NCBI GenBank assembly: GCA_913031515.1
Contig: CAJWET010000001.1
Location: 1-35,443, forward strand
DNA from: an uncultured Acidimicrobiaceae bacterium
Lineage (GTDB): Bacteria > Actinomycetota > Acidimicrobiia > Acidimicrobiales > UBA8592
Direction of reading: 5' to 3'
Length of the DNA: 35,443 nt
Numbering within the stretch: position 1 is the stretch's first letter; the number at the start of each line of letters is the position of its first letter. This document shows positions 18,195 to 27,031 of the stretch, piece by piece. Under the pieces are notes generated by a model. It was not told the DNA's origin and searched no databases. It saw only the letters and a list, made by a program, of their open reading frames with translations. A program made the position numbers and the translations under genes.

Positions 18195-19504
18195 CAGGCA
18201 ACCTTCTGTATTTGGTTTAATGGGTTCATGCCCGGGCACCCTTTCGCGGTTTCTGGAATTTCTGAATAGGAGATGTGAGTTGAGACTTCTTCTTTTGTAG
18301 GGCAATAGCGTTCTGCTAGAGGCTTAAGAACTTCGAGATCAAATCCATATAATCTTGCGACATTTGTCGTCAATAATTTTATTACATGGTCTTGAGGTAG
18401 TTGAGCGAACGTAAGACGAAGATGCTCACGAGTGTGAGGATGTGAGCCTTCAATGTGTGGGTAATCTGAACCCCAAAGAATATTATCTACACCAATACCT
18501 TCGCACATGGGGGCTTCAGCGGGACGCAAAAAGCTTGCGCCAACATGGCACTGCCGTTGCCAATATTCACTGGGGGTTAAGCGCAAATGTTCGACGGCCA
18601 TTCCCCCAAAGATTGACTCCGAACCATATTTCGAATATTTCATACGATGATAGAACGAATCAAGTTTCTTCAACGTGTCCGGAACCCAAGCGGTTCCGGT
18701 TTCAGTATTAATCCATTGCAATGAAGGATGGCGTTCGAATACGCCAGAAAACATAAGATGCCATAAGGCTCTTTGGGACCACCAGGAAACCTCAAGCATG
18801 AAGACTGCCAATGATGACGGGAAGTGATTTCCAAAATTCGGAGTTGCGCCTCCAGCATGGTGATTCAATGTCATATTGTTTGCAGCTGCAGCCGCCCAAA
18901 TAGGTTCATAACTTGATGAATAAAGAGGTTCGAAAGGGGAATCAGGAGGTGCCCCCGGAACTAGGATGCCACCTCGGAGTCCGTTCTCTGCCGCCCATTC
19001 AATCTCAGCGACCGACCCTTCAACATCGCCGAGAAAAATTTGTGCAATTCCAGCACGTTGTGTTGGTGCCTGGTCAACGAAATCTTTTAACCAGCGATTA
19101 TGAGCTCTAAGTCCAGCCCATCGATGATCAAAGTTGTCACTATAAGGGGGGGCCTCAAATTGGGTAGCTGCCTGAGGAGCGAAGGGAGGCTGCGTATTCG
19201 GGAAGAGAACAAAACCAACCACGCCATCTTTTTGTTGTTCTCGTAATCTACGTTCCGATGAGAAATTCCGATCGGCATCAAGCTCAGGGTCACCATCGAT
19301 CCCGACATTACGAGTTGACCGTCCTTTTCCTGAAAATAATGCCTCTTGTTTTTCTGCAGCTTCTTCTGAGGCACTTACCCACTCTTCAAAATCGTCGTGG
19401 TATTTTTTCTCTAGGTATGGCTTGTATCCTCGGAGGTCAGCTCCACAATGGCTATCTGCAGATATCACAATATGGTGGTCAGTTTCTGGAAGGTCCATAG
19501 TCAT
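18194..19504 (-). CDS. Amidohydrolase_2 family metal-dependent enzyme
   Basis: Motifs ISADSH, AHNRWL, YEPIWAA, NHH, GVFERHPSL, ETG, PSEYW and WGSDYPHIEG. Confidence 0.88.
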   Translation of the reverse strand: MTMDLPETDHHIVISADSHCGADLRGYKPYLEKKYHDDFEEWVSASEEAAEKQEALFSGKGRSTRNVGIDGDPELDADRNFSSERRLREQQKDGVVGFVLFPNTQPPFAPQAATQFEAPPYSDNFDHRWAGLRAHNRWLKDFVDQAPTQRAGIAQIFLGDVEGSVAEIEWAAENGLRGGILVPGAPPDSPFEPLYSSSYEPIWAAAAANNMTLNHHAGGATPNFGNHFPSSLAVFMLEVSWWSQRALWHLMFSGVFERHPSLQWINTETGTAWVPDTLKKLDSFYHRMKYSKYGSESIFGGMAVEHLRLTPSEYWQRQCHVGASFLRPAEAPMCEGIGVDNILWGSDYPHIEGSHPHTREHLRLTFAQLPQDHVIKLLTTNVARLYGFDLEVLKPLAERYCPTKEEVSTHISYSEIPETAKGCPGMNPLNQIQKVA

Positions 19505-19546
19505 ATCTCGTTCCTTTCTCCTATTCCGGACTGAGAGCAGGAACAG

Positions 19547-20839
19547 CTAGTGTCCGCTCTCAGAGCCTTTCCATTCAATTCCATAGTCATCGAACCACCA
19601 GCGCCCATCACGCTTGGCTGTTGGGCTTGTGCGGAGTTCTGGATCTTGGTTTAACCCTGCTGGAGTTGGGCCAATTCGATTTGCTACCTCGTTCAATCCT
19701 TCTGTGTCGAGGTTGTAGCAGTTAATTGCATTCGACCCTAGAAGACGACGGGTGTCTTCAATAGAAACATCTTGAAAGTCCGTTCCTAAACGTTCTGCAG
19801 TATTTGGCCACGAGCCTTCTGGGTGCGGGTAATCTGTTCCCCACATCAGCGCATCGATACCGTTGCGGTGGCGTTCACGGATCTCGTAACGGCTCATTGT
19901 GGATGCCCCAATAAATACGCTTTCACCAAAGTACTCAGAGGGGAGTTTAGTTAAGAGCCCCTTCATCCTGCTGCTCATTTTTTTGATTTTCCAGCTAGCA
20001 CCAAAATTCACGTCGGCTTTCCATAGAAGGTCACCGACCCACCAGCTTCCGCATTCGACTACGCAATATTTTAATCCGGGGAACTTATCAAACTTTCCGC
20101 TAAAGAGTAATTGCCAAAGAGCTCGATGTGTCCAGAAGGCGACTTCAGAGATGTACATGGCGATGTTTTCTCCATAGCTGGGAAAGTCAGCTTCGCCTGA
20201 ATGCGTATGAACTACGAGGCCGGTTTCTGCACAGGCGGCCCAAAAACTGTCGTAGTGGTCACTTCCATACGGATGGGCGTCATGCCAGAGGGTAGGGATC
20301 ATTACGCCTTTTATTCCTGGTTTCCCGGCGAGTATTTGAATTTCTTGAACGGCCTCATCTACCCCATGAGTGATAGGGAGTAGGGCAATCCCCGCTCGCC
20401 GGGCAGGGCTGGTGGCACAGAATTCTTCAAGCCAACGGTTATGTGCTCTAGCTCCAGCGAAAGCTAGGCGCGGGTCGGTGATTTGACCGGCTGCGAGTCC
20501 AGCCCCAAATGGAGGAGATTCCATTCCAGTGACAGCATCACCGTCAGCAAAAATGATTTCCCCTGATATGCCATCGGCGTCAAGTTCTTTGTCTCTAACG
20601 TCAGGGTCATAGGCTCCGCGAAGGCCTTCGGCGTTGGTGTTTTCCCACTCTTCGACGTATTCCCCGTTGATTTCTTCAGTGAGCCTACGATGTTCATGCC
20701 GTTCATTCACGTACTCATCAAATTCTCTATGTACGGAAGAATCCAAATAAGGCCGGTACTCTTCACATTGCAGTCCAGCATGAGAATCTGAAGAAACAAT
20801 GATGTATGGGTCGTTACTAGTGTTACTTTCTTGAGACAT
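19547..20839 (-). CDS. Amidohydrolase_2 family metal-dependent enzyme
   Basis: Motifs VSSDSH, AHNRWL, FWAAC, HTH, PSEYF and WGTDYPHPEG. Start placed at ATG 20839 (MSQES). Confidence 0.88.
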   Translation of the reverse strand: MSQESNTSNDPYIIVSSDSHAGLQCEEYRPYLDSSVHREFDEYVNERHEHRRLTEEINGEYVEEWENTNAEGLRGAYDPDVRDKELDADGISGEIIFADGDAVTGMESPPFGAGLAAGQITDPRLAFAGARAHNRWLEEFCATSPARRAGIALLPITHGVDEAVQEIQILAGKPGIKGVMIPTLWHDAHPYGSDHYDSFWAACAETGLVVHTHSGEADFPSYGENIAMYISEVAFWTHRALWQLLFSGKFDKFPGLKYCVVECGSWWVGDLLWKADVNFGASWKIKKMSSRMKGLLTKLPSEYFGESVFIGASTMSRYEIRERHRNGIDALMWGTDYPHPEGSWPNTAERLGTDFQDVSIEDTRRLLGSNAINCYNLDTEGLNEVANRIGPTPAGLNQDPELRTSPTAKRDGRWWFDDYGIEWKGSESGH

Positions 20840-20972
20840 ATCTGCTTCTCTCAATTGCTAATCGGACAAACCTAAGTTAATGTATTTCATTAAATACTTA
20901 CTAATAAGACTCTAGTGCCGTTCAGTGTAATGTGAAAGTTCCATTTGAGCAGATTTCAGTCGACCTCATGAT

Positions 20973-21016
20973 GACTTTCGACAACTACCCCCTTCGGAAA
21001 GTCCATAAGGTAAAAT
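20973..21016 (+). promoter_or_regulatory. Inverted repeat GACTTTC...GAAAGTC plus a candidate -10 (TAAAAT) upstream of the P450
   Basis: gactttc at 20973-20979 pairs with gaaagtc at 20997-21003. TAAAAT is at 21011-21016. Confidence 0.35.
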
Positions 21017-21050
21017 ACGAAGAAGACCCTTGGCCATTCGAGGAGTCCAT

Positions 21051-22292
21051 ATGGACCTTAAAGATATAGATCTGCTTGACGCTGATCGGTTTGTCCGGAT
21101 GGAACATCACGACATGTTTCGGGTTCTTCGTGAAAAATCTCCCTTGTTTTGGCATGATCACCCAGATGGAGATGGATTTTGGAACGTTGTTCGGCATGCA
21201 GACGTCCGACGTGTAAACCGGGACAACGAACTATTCTCAAGTGAAATAGGAGGGATTAGCATCGCCAATCCTCGGCTTGATACCGAAGCCGGCGCATTTG
21301 TGGATCAACGGGGATTAAATATGCTCTACACCGATCCGCCGAAACATACCAGATACCGCAGGCTTGTCAGCAAAGGATTCACTCCCCGGATGATTGGATT
21401 GCTCGAACAGTTTCTCGCTCATCGCACTACATTGATCGTCGATAACGTGATTGAAGCTGGATCTGCAGACTTTGTCGAAGATCTAGCAGCTGAACTTCCT
21501 CTGCAAGCAATCGCAGAAATCATGGGGGTTCCGCAAGAAGACCGACATCTTCTTTTTAAATGGTCAAATGATCTCATAGGAGTCGATGACCCTGAATATG
21601 AAGGTGATCCAAGTGTCGCCGCTATGGAGTTATATGCCTATGCCCATGAACTTGCCATAGCTCGAGGAATTGATCCTCAGGATGACATCATTACCAAACT
21701 TATTAACGCAGAAATTGATGGTGATCGTTTGACTGACCTCGAAGTGGACGTCTTTATGCTACTTCTCGCTGTCGCTGGTAATGAAACAACTCGCAATGCG
21801 ACTGCCCATGGCATGTATGCGCTGTTGTCACATCCAGAACAACTTCGGCTTCTACAAAGCGACATTGATAAATACATAGATGGTGCCGTTGATGAAATCA
21901 TACGATGGGCTAGTCCGGTACTACACTTTCGAAGGACTACAACAGCACCGACAGAACTTCTTGGTAAAGAAATTGACGAGGGTAGCCGAGTTGTTATGTG
22001 GTATATTTCTGCGAATCGAGATGAGGAGGTCTTTGAAGACCCTTTTGTTTTTGATATCACTCGAAGTCCTAACGACCATATAGCGTTTGGAGGTGGTGGA
22101 GCCCATTATTGCTTAGGGGCGAATTTGGCACGTGCTGAACTTCGATTGATCTTTCAGGAAGTCATGACCCGTATGCCGGATATGAAATTGGCAGGAGAAC
22201 CAGCCCGCCTTCGTTCTAATTTTATTGGAGGAATCAAACATCTTCCTGTTTCGTGGACTCCTGGTTTGAAAGTAGATCCCTCGCAAATTTAG
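21051..22292 (+). CDS. Cytochrome P450, CYP125/CYP124/CYP142-like
   Basis: DPPKHTRYR, I-helix AGNETT, ExxR (EIIR) and heme ligand FGGGGAHYCLG, plus RLRSNFIGGIK. Start at ATG 21051 after GAGGAG. Confidence 0.9.
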   Translation: MDLKDIDLLDADRFVRMEHHDMFRVLREKSPLFWHDHPDGDGFWNVVRHADVRRVNRDNELFSSEIGGISIANPRLDTEAGAFVDQRGLNMLYTDPPKHTRYRRLVSKGFTPRMIGLLEQFLAHRTTLIVDNVIEAGSADFVEDLAAELPLQAIAEIMGVPQEDRHLLFKWSNDLIGVDDPEYEGDPSVAAMELYAYAHELAIARGIDPQDDIITKLINAEIDGDRLTDLEVDVFMLLLAVAGNETTRNATAHGMYALLSHPEQLRLLQSDIDKYIDGAVDEIIRWASPVLHFRRTTTAPTELLGKEIDEGSRVVMWYISANRDEEVFEDPFVFDITRSPNDHIAFGGGGAHYCLGANLARAELRLIFQEVMTRMPDMKLAGEPARLRSNFIGGIKHLPVSWTPGLKVDPSQI

Positions 22293-22331
22293 ATTTCTAA
22301 GACCCATTTACTATATTCATACTTAAGAAAT

Positions 22332-23711
22332 TCAGAATTGCATAGTTTTGAGAATATTCAGTGCGGCTTGTAATGTTTCGGCGTCACTCCATGCTTCAAT
22401 TTCTGAAGCGGAACGTGCGGCATTGTAGCCCACCAAAATTGGTTCTCCTGTCCATGGAATGGCGTTATACCATTCAACAAAATAGCCACGATTATCTGGA
22501 ATACGTCCAATTAAATCCATAGAAATGTCCCAGAATGGCTCTTTAAATTTGATAGCTATTTTATTTAATAAACCCATCCCGAGACCATTTATCGCCGCTT
22601 GCTGCTTCACTGAAAGGCTTGGACGAAATTGGACAGATCCTGATTGAAGAACTCCTAATGGGAGCGTGACCACAACAGCGTCACCCGTAAAGATTCCTTT
22701 GTCTGTTATAACTTTTGCTCCAATGTCATCGTGGCTAATTTCAGAAACTTTAGTAGATAAACGAATATCTAAATCCTTCGCTAAGTCTTCCATAAAAGGG
22801 GCGTAGCCGCTTCGGGGAACAGCGTCGCCACCAATGGGGGAAGCTCCTTCAGAAGTTGCAAGCAATGATAGATCCTCCACATGTGCCGCAAACTCATGTT
22901 CGATTTCGGATACCACTACATAATCAAACCAATTCCGGTCTTTCATTGAGAGGGATTCACGGTAATTTTCTATTAATGGCCCCATTGACTCTTTTGACGC
23001 CTTTCCGATAATTGAACCGTAGATAAAGTCGTAGAATTTATCTAACCGAGACCAATCAAAACGGTTTCCCGAAGAATCGAACAATATACCGTTCTCATAA
23101 TCTGTAGGGATTAGTTCAATTCCAAGTTCTTTTGCCCGCGGAGTCAGCGTATGAGTGTTTACCCCATGGAACCATGATGCCCCAAGGTCTACGGGGCTTC
23201 CTTGAAGGTCTTCCGTCCAAGCTCTACCTCCAATTCGGTCCCGACCTTCAAGAACCGTAACATCACAACCAGATTGATTTAATTGTGCCGCCGCCGCAAG
23301 ACCTGCAGCACCTGCTCCAACAACGATGCATGATTCGACTCTTCTCGCTTGCAAAACCTCCGAAGCTGCTCGTTTCCCTGACTTGACAGCCCCATTGACG
23401 GTAGCGGGGAAATCTGATTGAGTTGCTTCTCCAGCCATGAACCTTCGGCCATCAGTTGGTTCCGCTAGCTGTATTCGCAGTATCGAGGATGATCCAGCAG
23501 GAATATATGAGTAGGAACCTCGTGACCAAGGATCTTGCTCCCATCTCGTAATCTTCCAACCCTCAACTTCGGGAAGTCCCGAAATTTGATTTGCTACATT
23601 GTTCCTAATTTGGTTTTGTTGGCCGCATCCAAATGCTGTAACTATTCCGGTTGCCGCAGTTCCAGCGAGAAAATGCCTCCTACTAAGTTTTCCTTTGGCC
23701 AGATACTCCAT
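22332..23711 (-). CDS. Flavin-dependent amine oxidase (MAO/polyamine oxidase family), Tat-exported putative lipoprotein, circularly permuted
   Basis: Tat motif SRRHFL and lipobox-like AFGC. RW..DPWSRGSYS and AGEAT..ATVNGA..SG.RAA come BEFORE GAGAAG, EGRDRIGGR and DLGASWFHG. Confidence 0.88.
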   Translation of the reverse strand: MEYLAKGKLSRRHFLAGTAATGIVTAFGCGQQNQIRNNVANQISGLPEVEGWKITRWEQDPWSRGSYSYIPAGSSSILRIQLAEPTDGRRFMAGEATQSDFPATVNGAVKSGKRAASEVLQARRVESCIVVGAGAAGLAAAAQLNQSGCDVTVLEGRDRIGGRAWTEDLQGSPVDLGASWFHGVNTHTLTPRAKELGIELIPTDYENGILFDSSGNRFDWSRLDKFYDFIYGSIIGKASKESMGPLIENYRESLSMKDRNWFDYVVVSEIEHEFAAHVEDLSLLATSEGASPIGGDAVPRSGYAPFMEDLAKDLDIRLSTKVSEISHDDIGAKVITDKGIFTGDAVVVTLPLGVLQSGSVQFRPSLSVKQQAAINGLGMGLLNKIAIKFKEPFWDISMDLIGRIPDNRGYFVEWYNAIPWTGEPILVGYNAARSASEIEAWSDAETLQAALNILKTMQF

Positions 23712-23717
23712 GAGAGA

Positions 23718-23723
23718 ACATTA
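23718..23723 (-). promoter_or_regulatory. Candidate -10 (TAATGT) for a leaderless amine oxidase transcript
   Basis: A TANNNT hexamer exactly 6 nt before the ATG, with no SD. This is the usual leaderless layout in actinobacteria. Confidence 0.4.
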
Positions 23724-23876
23724 ATGGTGTTTTCATAAATCAAGAAGGATAAAACATGCCGTTTCGTCATTTTGAGACCTATGTTTAATTTCTAATGTCA
23801 ACCACTTCGTATCACCTGTTGATGAAGGGCACGATGTCCTTTCATGTAGCTTCCTCACTCAAGTTGTTCCCTGCAG

Positions 23877-24365
23877 TCAACTTTCTTTCGAAAGGTTTGA
23901 AGGTTTGCGAGCATGCCTCCAAACAAGCAAAGCAAAAACAAACTGAAATGGAAGACGAATTAAATTTCGGAGAAATACTCCAGAAGCATCTTCAACACGA
24001 ACAGTTTCCCCTAATTCGTTTGTCATAACATCGACTTCATTAATCAACATGTCGATATTTGCTGGATAAACAAGTACAAGCAAGATCAATAGACCCCAAG
24101 CTGCGTACCGGCGCGTCCATACAGGAATCAGTGCAGCCCCTAAACCAATCTCCAATGCACCAGATACTTGATTCGCGAAAGACGGACTCCAAAACCAACG
24201 TGGAACAATTGCTTCGAAGAAATCCGGATCGGTGAAGTGGTTAATACCAACTGCGATAAAAGCTCCGCCGATAAGTATTGTTTCAATTGTTCTCCACCAG
24301 GGGGTTTTCCCCAGTGTTCGAATTTTTTCTATAATTTTTGTTTTTCCAAGCATGAACACATTCAC
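23877..24365 (-). CDS. DoxX-like membrane protein
   Basis: Motifs GINHF..P..F..IVP, SGALEIGLG, VYPANI and RLPFQ, with about four TM helices. Start is either GTG 24365 or ATG 24353. Confidence 0.8.
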   Translation of the reverse strand: MNVFMLGKTKIIEKIRTLGKTPWWRTIETILIGGAFIAVGINHFTDPDFFEAIVPRWFWSPSFANQVSGALEIGLGAALIPVWTRRYAAWGLLILLVLVYPANIDMLINEVDVMTNELGETVRVEDASGVFLRNLIRLPFQFVFALLVWRHARKPSNLSKES

Positions 24366-24398
24366 CCGTTCACTATGGGTTTGGCACGTACCTGTTGA

Positions 24399-25172
24399 CT
24401 AAGACAATATAATCCCGCCGTCAATTAGATAAGACGAACCGGTAATGTAAGCTGCTTCGTCAGAAGCGAGAAAGGCAACAAGCCCAGCTATTTCTTCGGG
24501 TTCTGCATACCGTCCGAGAGGGACACGTTCGTTCGTCATCTTCGTATATTCCTCAGGGTCTTCGGGAATACTCATCTCTTCAATGCTTCGGATCATGCGA
24601 GTGTTCACAACGCCTGGACAAACTGCATTAACTCTTATACCTGCGGGAGCAAGTTCAATAGCGGCGGTTTTTGTCATTCCTATTACAGCATGTTTACTTG
24701 CTCCGTAAGCCACAAGGGTTGGTGTCGCCATCAGTCCGGCACCTGAAGCTGTATTGACGATATTCCCTCCTCCACGGAGACGGAGGGCATCCACGACGTG
24801 TCGCATCCCTAGCCAGACTCCCTTCACATTAACTTGAAGGACTTTGTCGAACATTTCTTCGTCGTAGTTTTCGAGAGGAGCGACGTGACCTTCAATTCCT
24901 GCGTTGTTAAATAACACGTCTACGCCGCCGAACACGTCCGTTGCTTGGGTAATATAATTTTCTACTTGGGATGAAACCGTAACGTCGGCGACAACTGCAT
25001 GGGCTTTCCCGCCAGCTGTTTCGATTAACGCGACTGTTTCATTGAGCGTTTCTTCTTTCATATCTACGGCGACGACTGATGCTCCTTCAGATGCAAATCG
25101 AAGTGAAGCTGCCCTCCCTATGCCTGCTGATGCTCCAGTAACAACAACAACCTTGTCTGAAAATCTTGACAT
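24399..25172 (-). CDS. Short-chain dehydrogenase/reductase (classical, NAD-preferring)
   Basis: Motifs TGASAGIG, acidic residue in AVD, NNAGIEG, YGASK and NAVCPG. GAGGAGG SD. Confidence 0.92.
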   Translation of the reverse strand: MSRFSDKVVVVTGASAGIGRAASLRFASEGASVVAVDMKEETLNETVALIETAGGKAHAVVADVTVSSQVENYITQATDVFGGVDVLFNNAGIEGHVAPLENYDEEMFDKVLQVNVKGVWLGMRHVVDALRLRGGGNIVNTASGAGLMATPTLVAYGASKHAVIGMTKTAAIELAPAGIRVNAVCPGVVNTRMIRSIEEMSIPEDPEEYTKMTNERVPLGRYAEPEEIAGLVAFLASDEAAYITGSSYLIDGGIILS

Positions 25173-25263
25173 ACTTTCCTCCTCGTTCGTGAGAATAAAT
25201 TAAAGAAGAACTGTGGTTAAGGCAAAATTAGAACGAAGAATTTCTCGTATTCGCTTCCGAGGT

Positions 25264-26997
25264 CTAGGTGTTCGCAGGAATAGGAACCGTGTAGGTATCT
25301 TTCCCACTTCTTAGAACTGTTCCGGGGAGAGCGTCCGTCGGCGCGTCGTCAATAACTGTTGGTACTCCATTTACGAAAACCCTATGCATTCCAATGGGAT
25401 CTGCGTACAGTCGACCAGCACCACCAGGGAGATCTTTGAGGAGAACAATATCGTCTGTATTTATAGTTTCCGGATTAAAGATCACGACATCTGCATACCA
25501 TCCTTCACGCAGAACCCCTCGATCTCGTAATCCAAAAAGGTCTGCGGGTACTTGCGTGATGTGGTGGATAGTGTCTTCCAACGTTGTAAGAGCTTTCCCA
25601 TGTAAGCAATCGTGCAGCCAGCTAGTGGTATATGGAGCTCCCGACATTCGATCAAGATGAGCGCCGGCGTCTGAACCTCCGATCATTACATCCGGATGCT
25701 TCCATGCTTCCGCCCGCATATACCAACTTGCAGGGTCATCATCCGTAGGCCCAGGCCATAAAACTGTCCGGAGATCATCGGCAAGGACAATGTCAAGTAG
25801 ACAATAGAAATCACGAACTCCGCGTTCTCTAGCAATCTCTCCAACAGTTCGCCCTTTCAATCCGTTATTTTCATCAGAGTAGGTGTCCCCGATTATGTAG
25901 CGCCCCCAACCAGTAAGCCTGCTAAATACGCCAGCATCGGGTGAAGCTGCACGTTCTTCCATGAACCGCCGTATTTCGGGATCGCGTAATTTCTTTTTTC
26001 GTTCTTCTACGGGTAGACCAAGGATTGGACCCCAGTCAGGCATCATATTTAGTCCGCAGTACGTCAGGAAGCTCATATTCATGCCAACAAGAACAGGCAT
26101 GGTCAACGCGACAACTCTTGCTCCTCGCTTCGTACATTCCTCCAATGCTTTTAACTGGTTTTGATAATCGTCAGGGCGAGCTGAATCGACTGTAAGAACG
26201 TTCCAATTTAAAGGTCGTTGACCCATCAACGACATATTTGCCATGAGATCAACTTCTTCATCGTTGAAGCCGCTGAGACAACCATCGCTAGCCCATTCAA
26301 GGGTCGTTCCCTCAAAATTCCCAACCACTTCACACAGTGCCAGTACTTCATCTTCTGTCGCGACGCGTGAAGGTACTGGATTACCGTTGCCATCGTTATG
26401 GGTGAATGCCCGTGTTGTTGAAAATCCGAGCCCCCCGTCATTAATACATTCAGATAAAAGGTCCTTCATAGTATTAATTTCATCTTCGGTAGCTACACGT
26501 TCCGCAGCTTCTTCACCCATGACTGCCAACCGCAATGCACAATGGCCAACCATAGTCGCGACATTCAGTCCTATATTCCCTTCAAGTTTTGACAGGTATT
26601 CACCGAAACTTTCCCAATCCCAACTCACTCCATTTTCGAGTGCTTCTAGAGGCATACCTTCGACCTTGACCATCATGCGTCGAAGATAGTCAGCATCAGA
26701 GGCGTTCTTCACAGGAGCGAGCGTAAATCCGCAGTTACCCATAACGATACTTGTAACCCCATGGAGATTTGATGGCGTTGCATGGGGATCCCAAAACAAT
26801 TGAGCGTCGTAATGGGTATGAGGATCAACAAAGCCAGGTGCAACAACCATACCTGTTGCATCGATTATTTCTTTCGCCTCACCCTCAACGTTTCCTACAT
26901 GGACTATCCGATTGCTTTGGATAGCAATATTGCCTTGGAAGCTATCACTACCTGTCCCGTCAACAATCGTGCCGCCTTTTATTAGGTAATCGAACAT
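25264..26997 (-). CDS. N-acyl-D-amino-acid deacylase (D-aminoacylase) family amidohydrolase
   Basis: Motifs GGTIVDGTG, PGFVDPHTHYD, GNCG, GSDAGAH and RG.L..G..AD. Confidence 0.88.
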   Translation of the reverse strand: MFDYLIKGGTIVDGTGSDSFQGNIAIQSNRIVHVGNVEGEAKEIIDATGMVVAPGFVDPHTHYDAQLFWDPHATPSNLHGVTSIVMGNCGFTLAPVKNASDADYLRRMMVKVEGMPLEALENGVSWDWESFGEYLSKLEGNIGLNVATMVGHCALRLAVMGEEAAERVATEDEINTMKDLLSECINDGGLGFSTTRAFTHNDGNGNPVPSRVATEDEVLALCEVVGNFEGTTLEWASDGCLSGFNDEEVDLMANMSLMGQRPLNWNVLTVDSARPDDYQNQLKALEECTKRGARVVALTMPVLVGMNMSFLTYCGLNMMPDWGPILGLPVEERKKKLRDPEIRRFMEERAASPDAGVFSRLTGWGRYIIGDTYSDENNGLKGRTVGEIARERGVRDFYCLLDIVLADDLRTVLWPGPTDDDPASWYMRAEAWKHPDVMIGGSDAGAHLDRMSGAPYTTSWLHDCLHGKALTTLEDTIHHITQVPADLFGLRDRGVLREGWYADVVIFNPETINTDDIVLLKDLPGGAGRLYADPIGMHRVFVNGVPTVIDDAPTDALPGTVLRSGKDTYTVPIPANT

Positions 26998-27031
26998 GGT
27001 TCCACTCTAACTGTAGGGATCTCTCTTGGGA

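Noticed and set aside
18195-18305. Long N-terminal extension of the SDR in the ORF track
   Set aside because: It overlaps the amidohydrolase by 111 bp. ATG 18194 with TGATG coupling gives a normal SDR.
22293-22331. AT-rich imperfect inverted repeat between the P450 and the amine oxidase as a terminator
   Set aside because: The stem is weak and AT-rich with a loop of about 20 nt.
23795-24028. 77-aa plus-strand ORF and the hairpin at 23822-23845
   Set aside because: The ORF mostly overlaps DoxX antisense and has no SD or motif. The hairpin has no U-tract and matches no RNA family I recognise.
26243-26689. Long antisense ORFs (this one, 13680-14138, 31229-31627 and others)
   Set aside because: They are Ser/Pro/Thr-rich shadows of well-supported genes and have no recognisable motifs.
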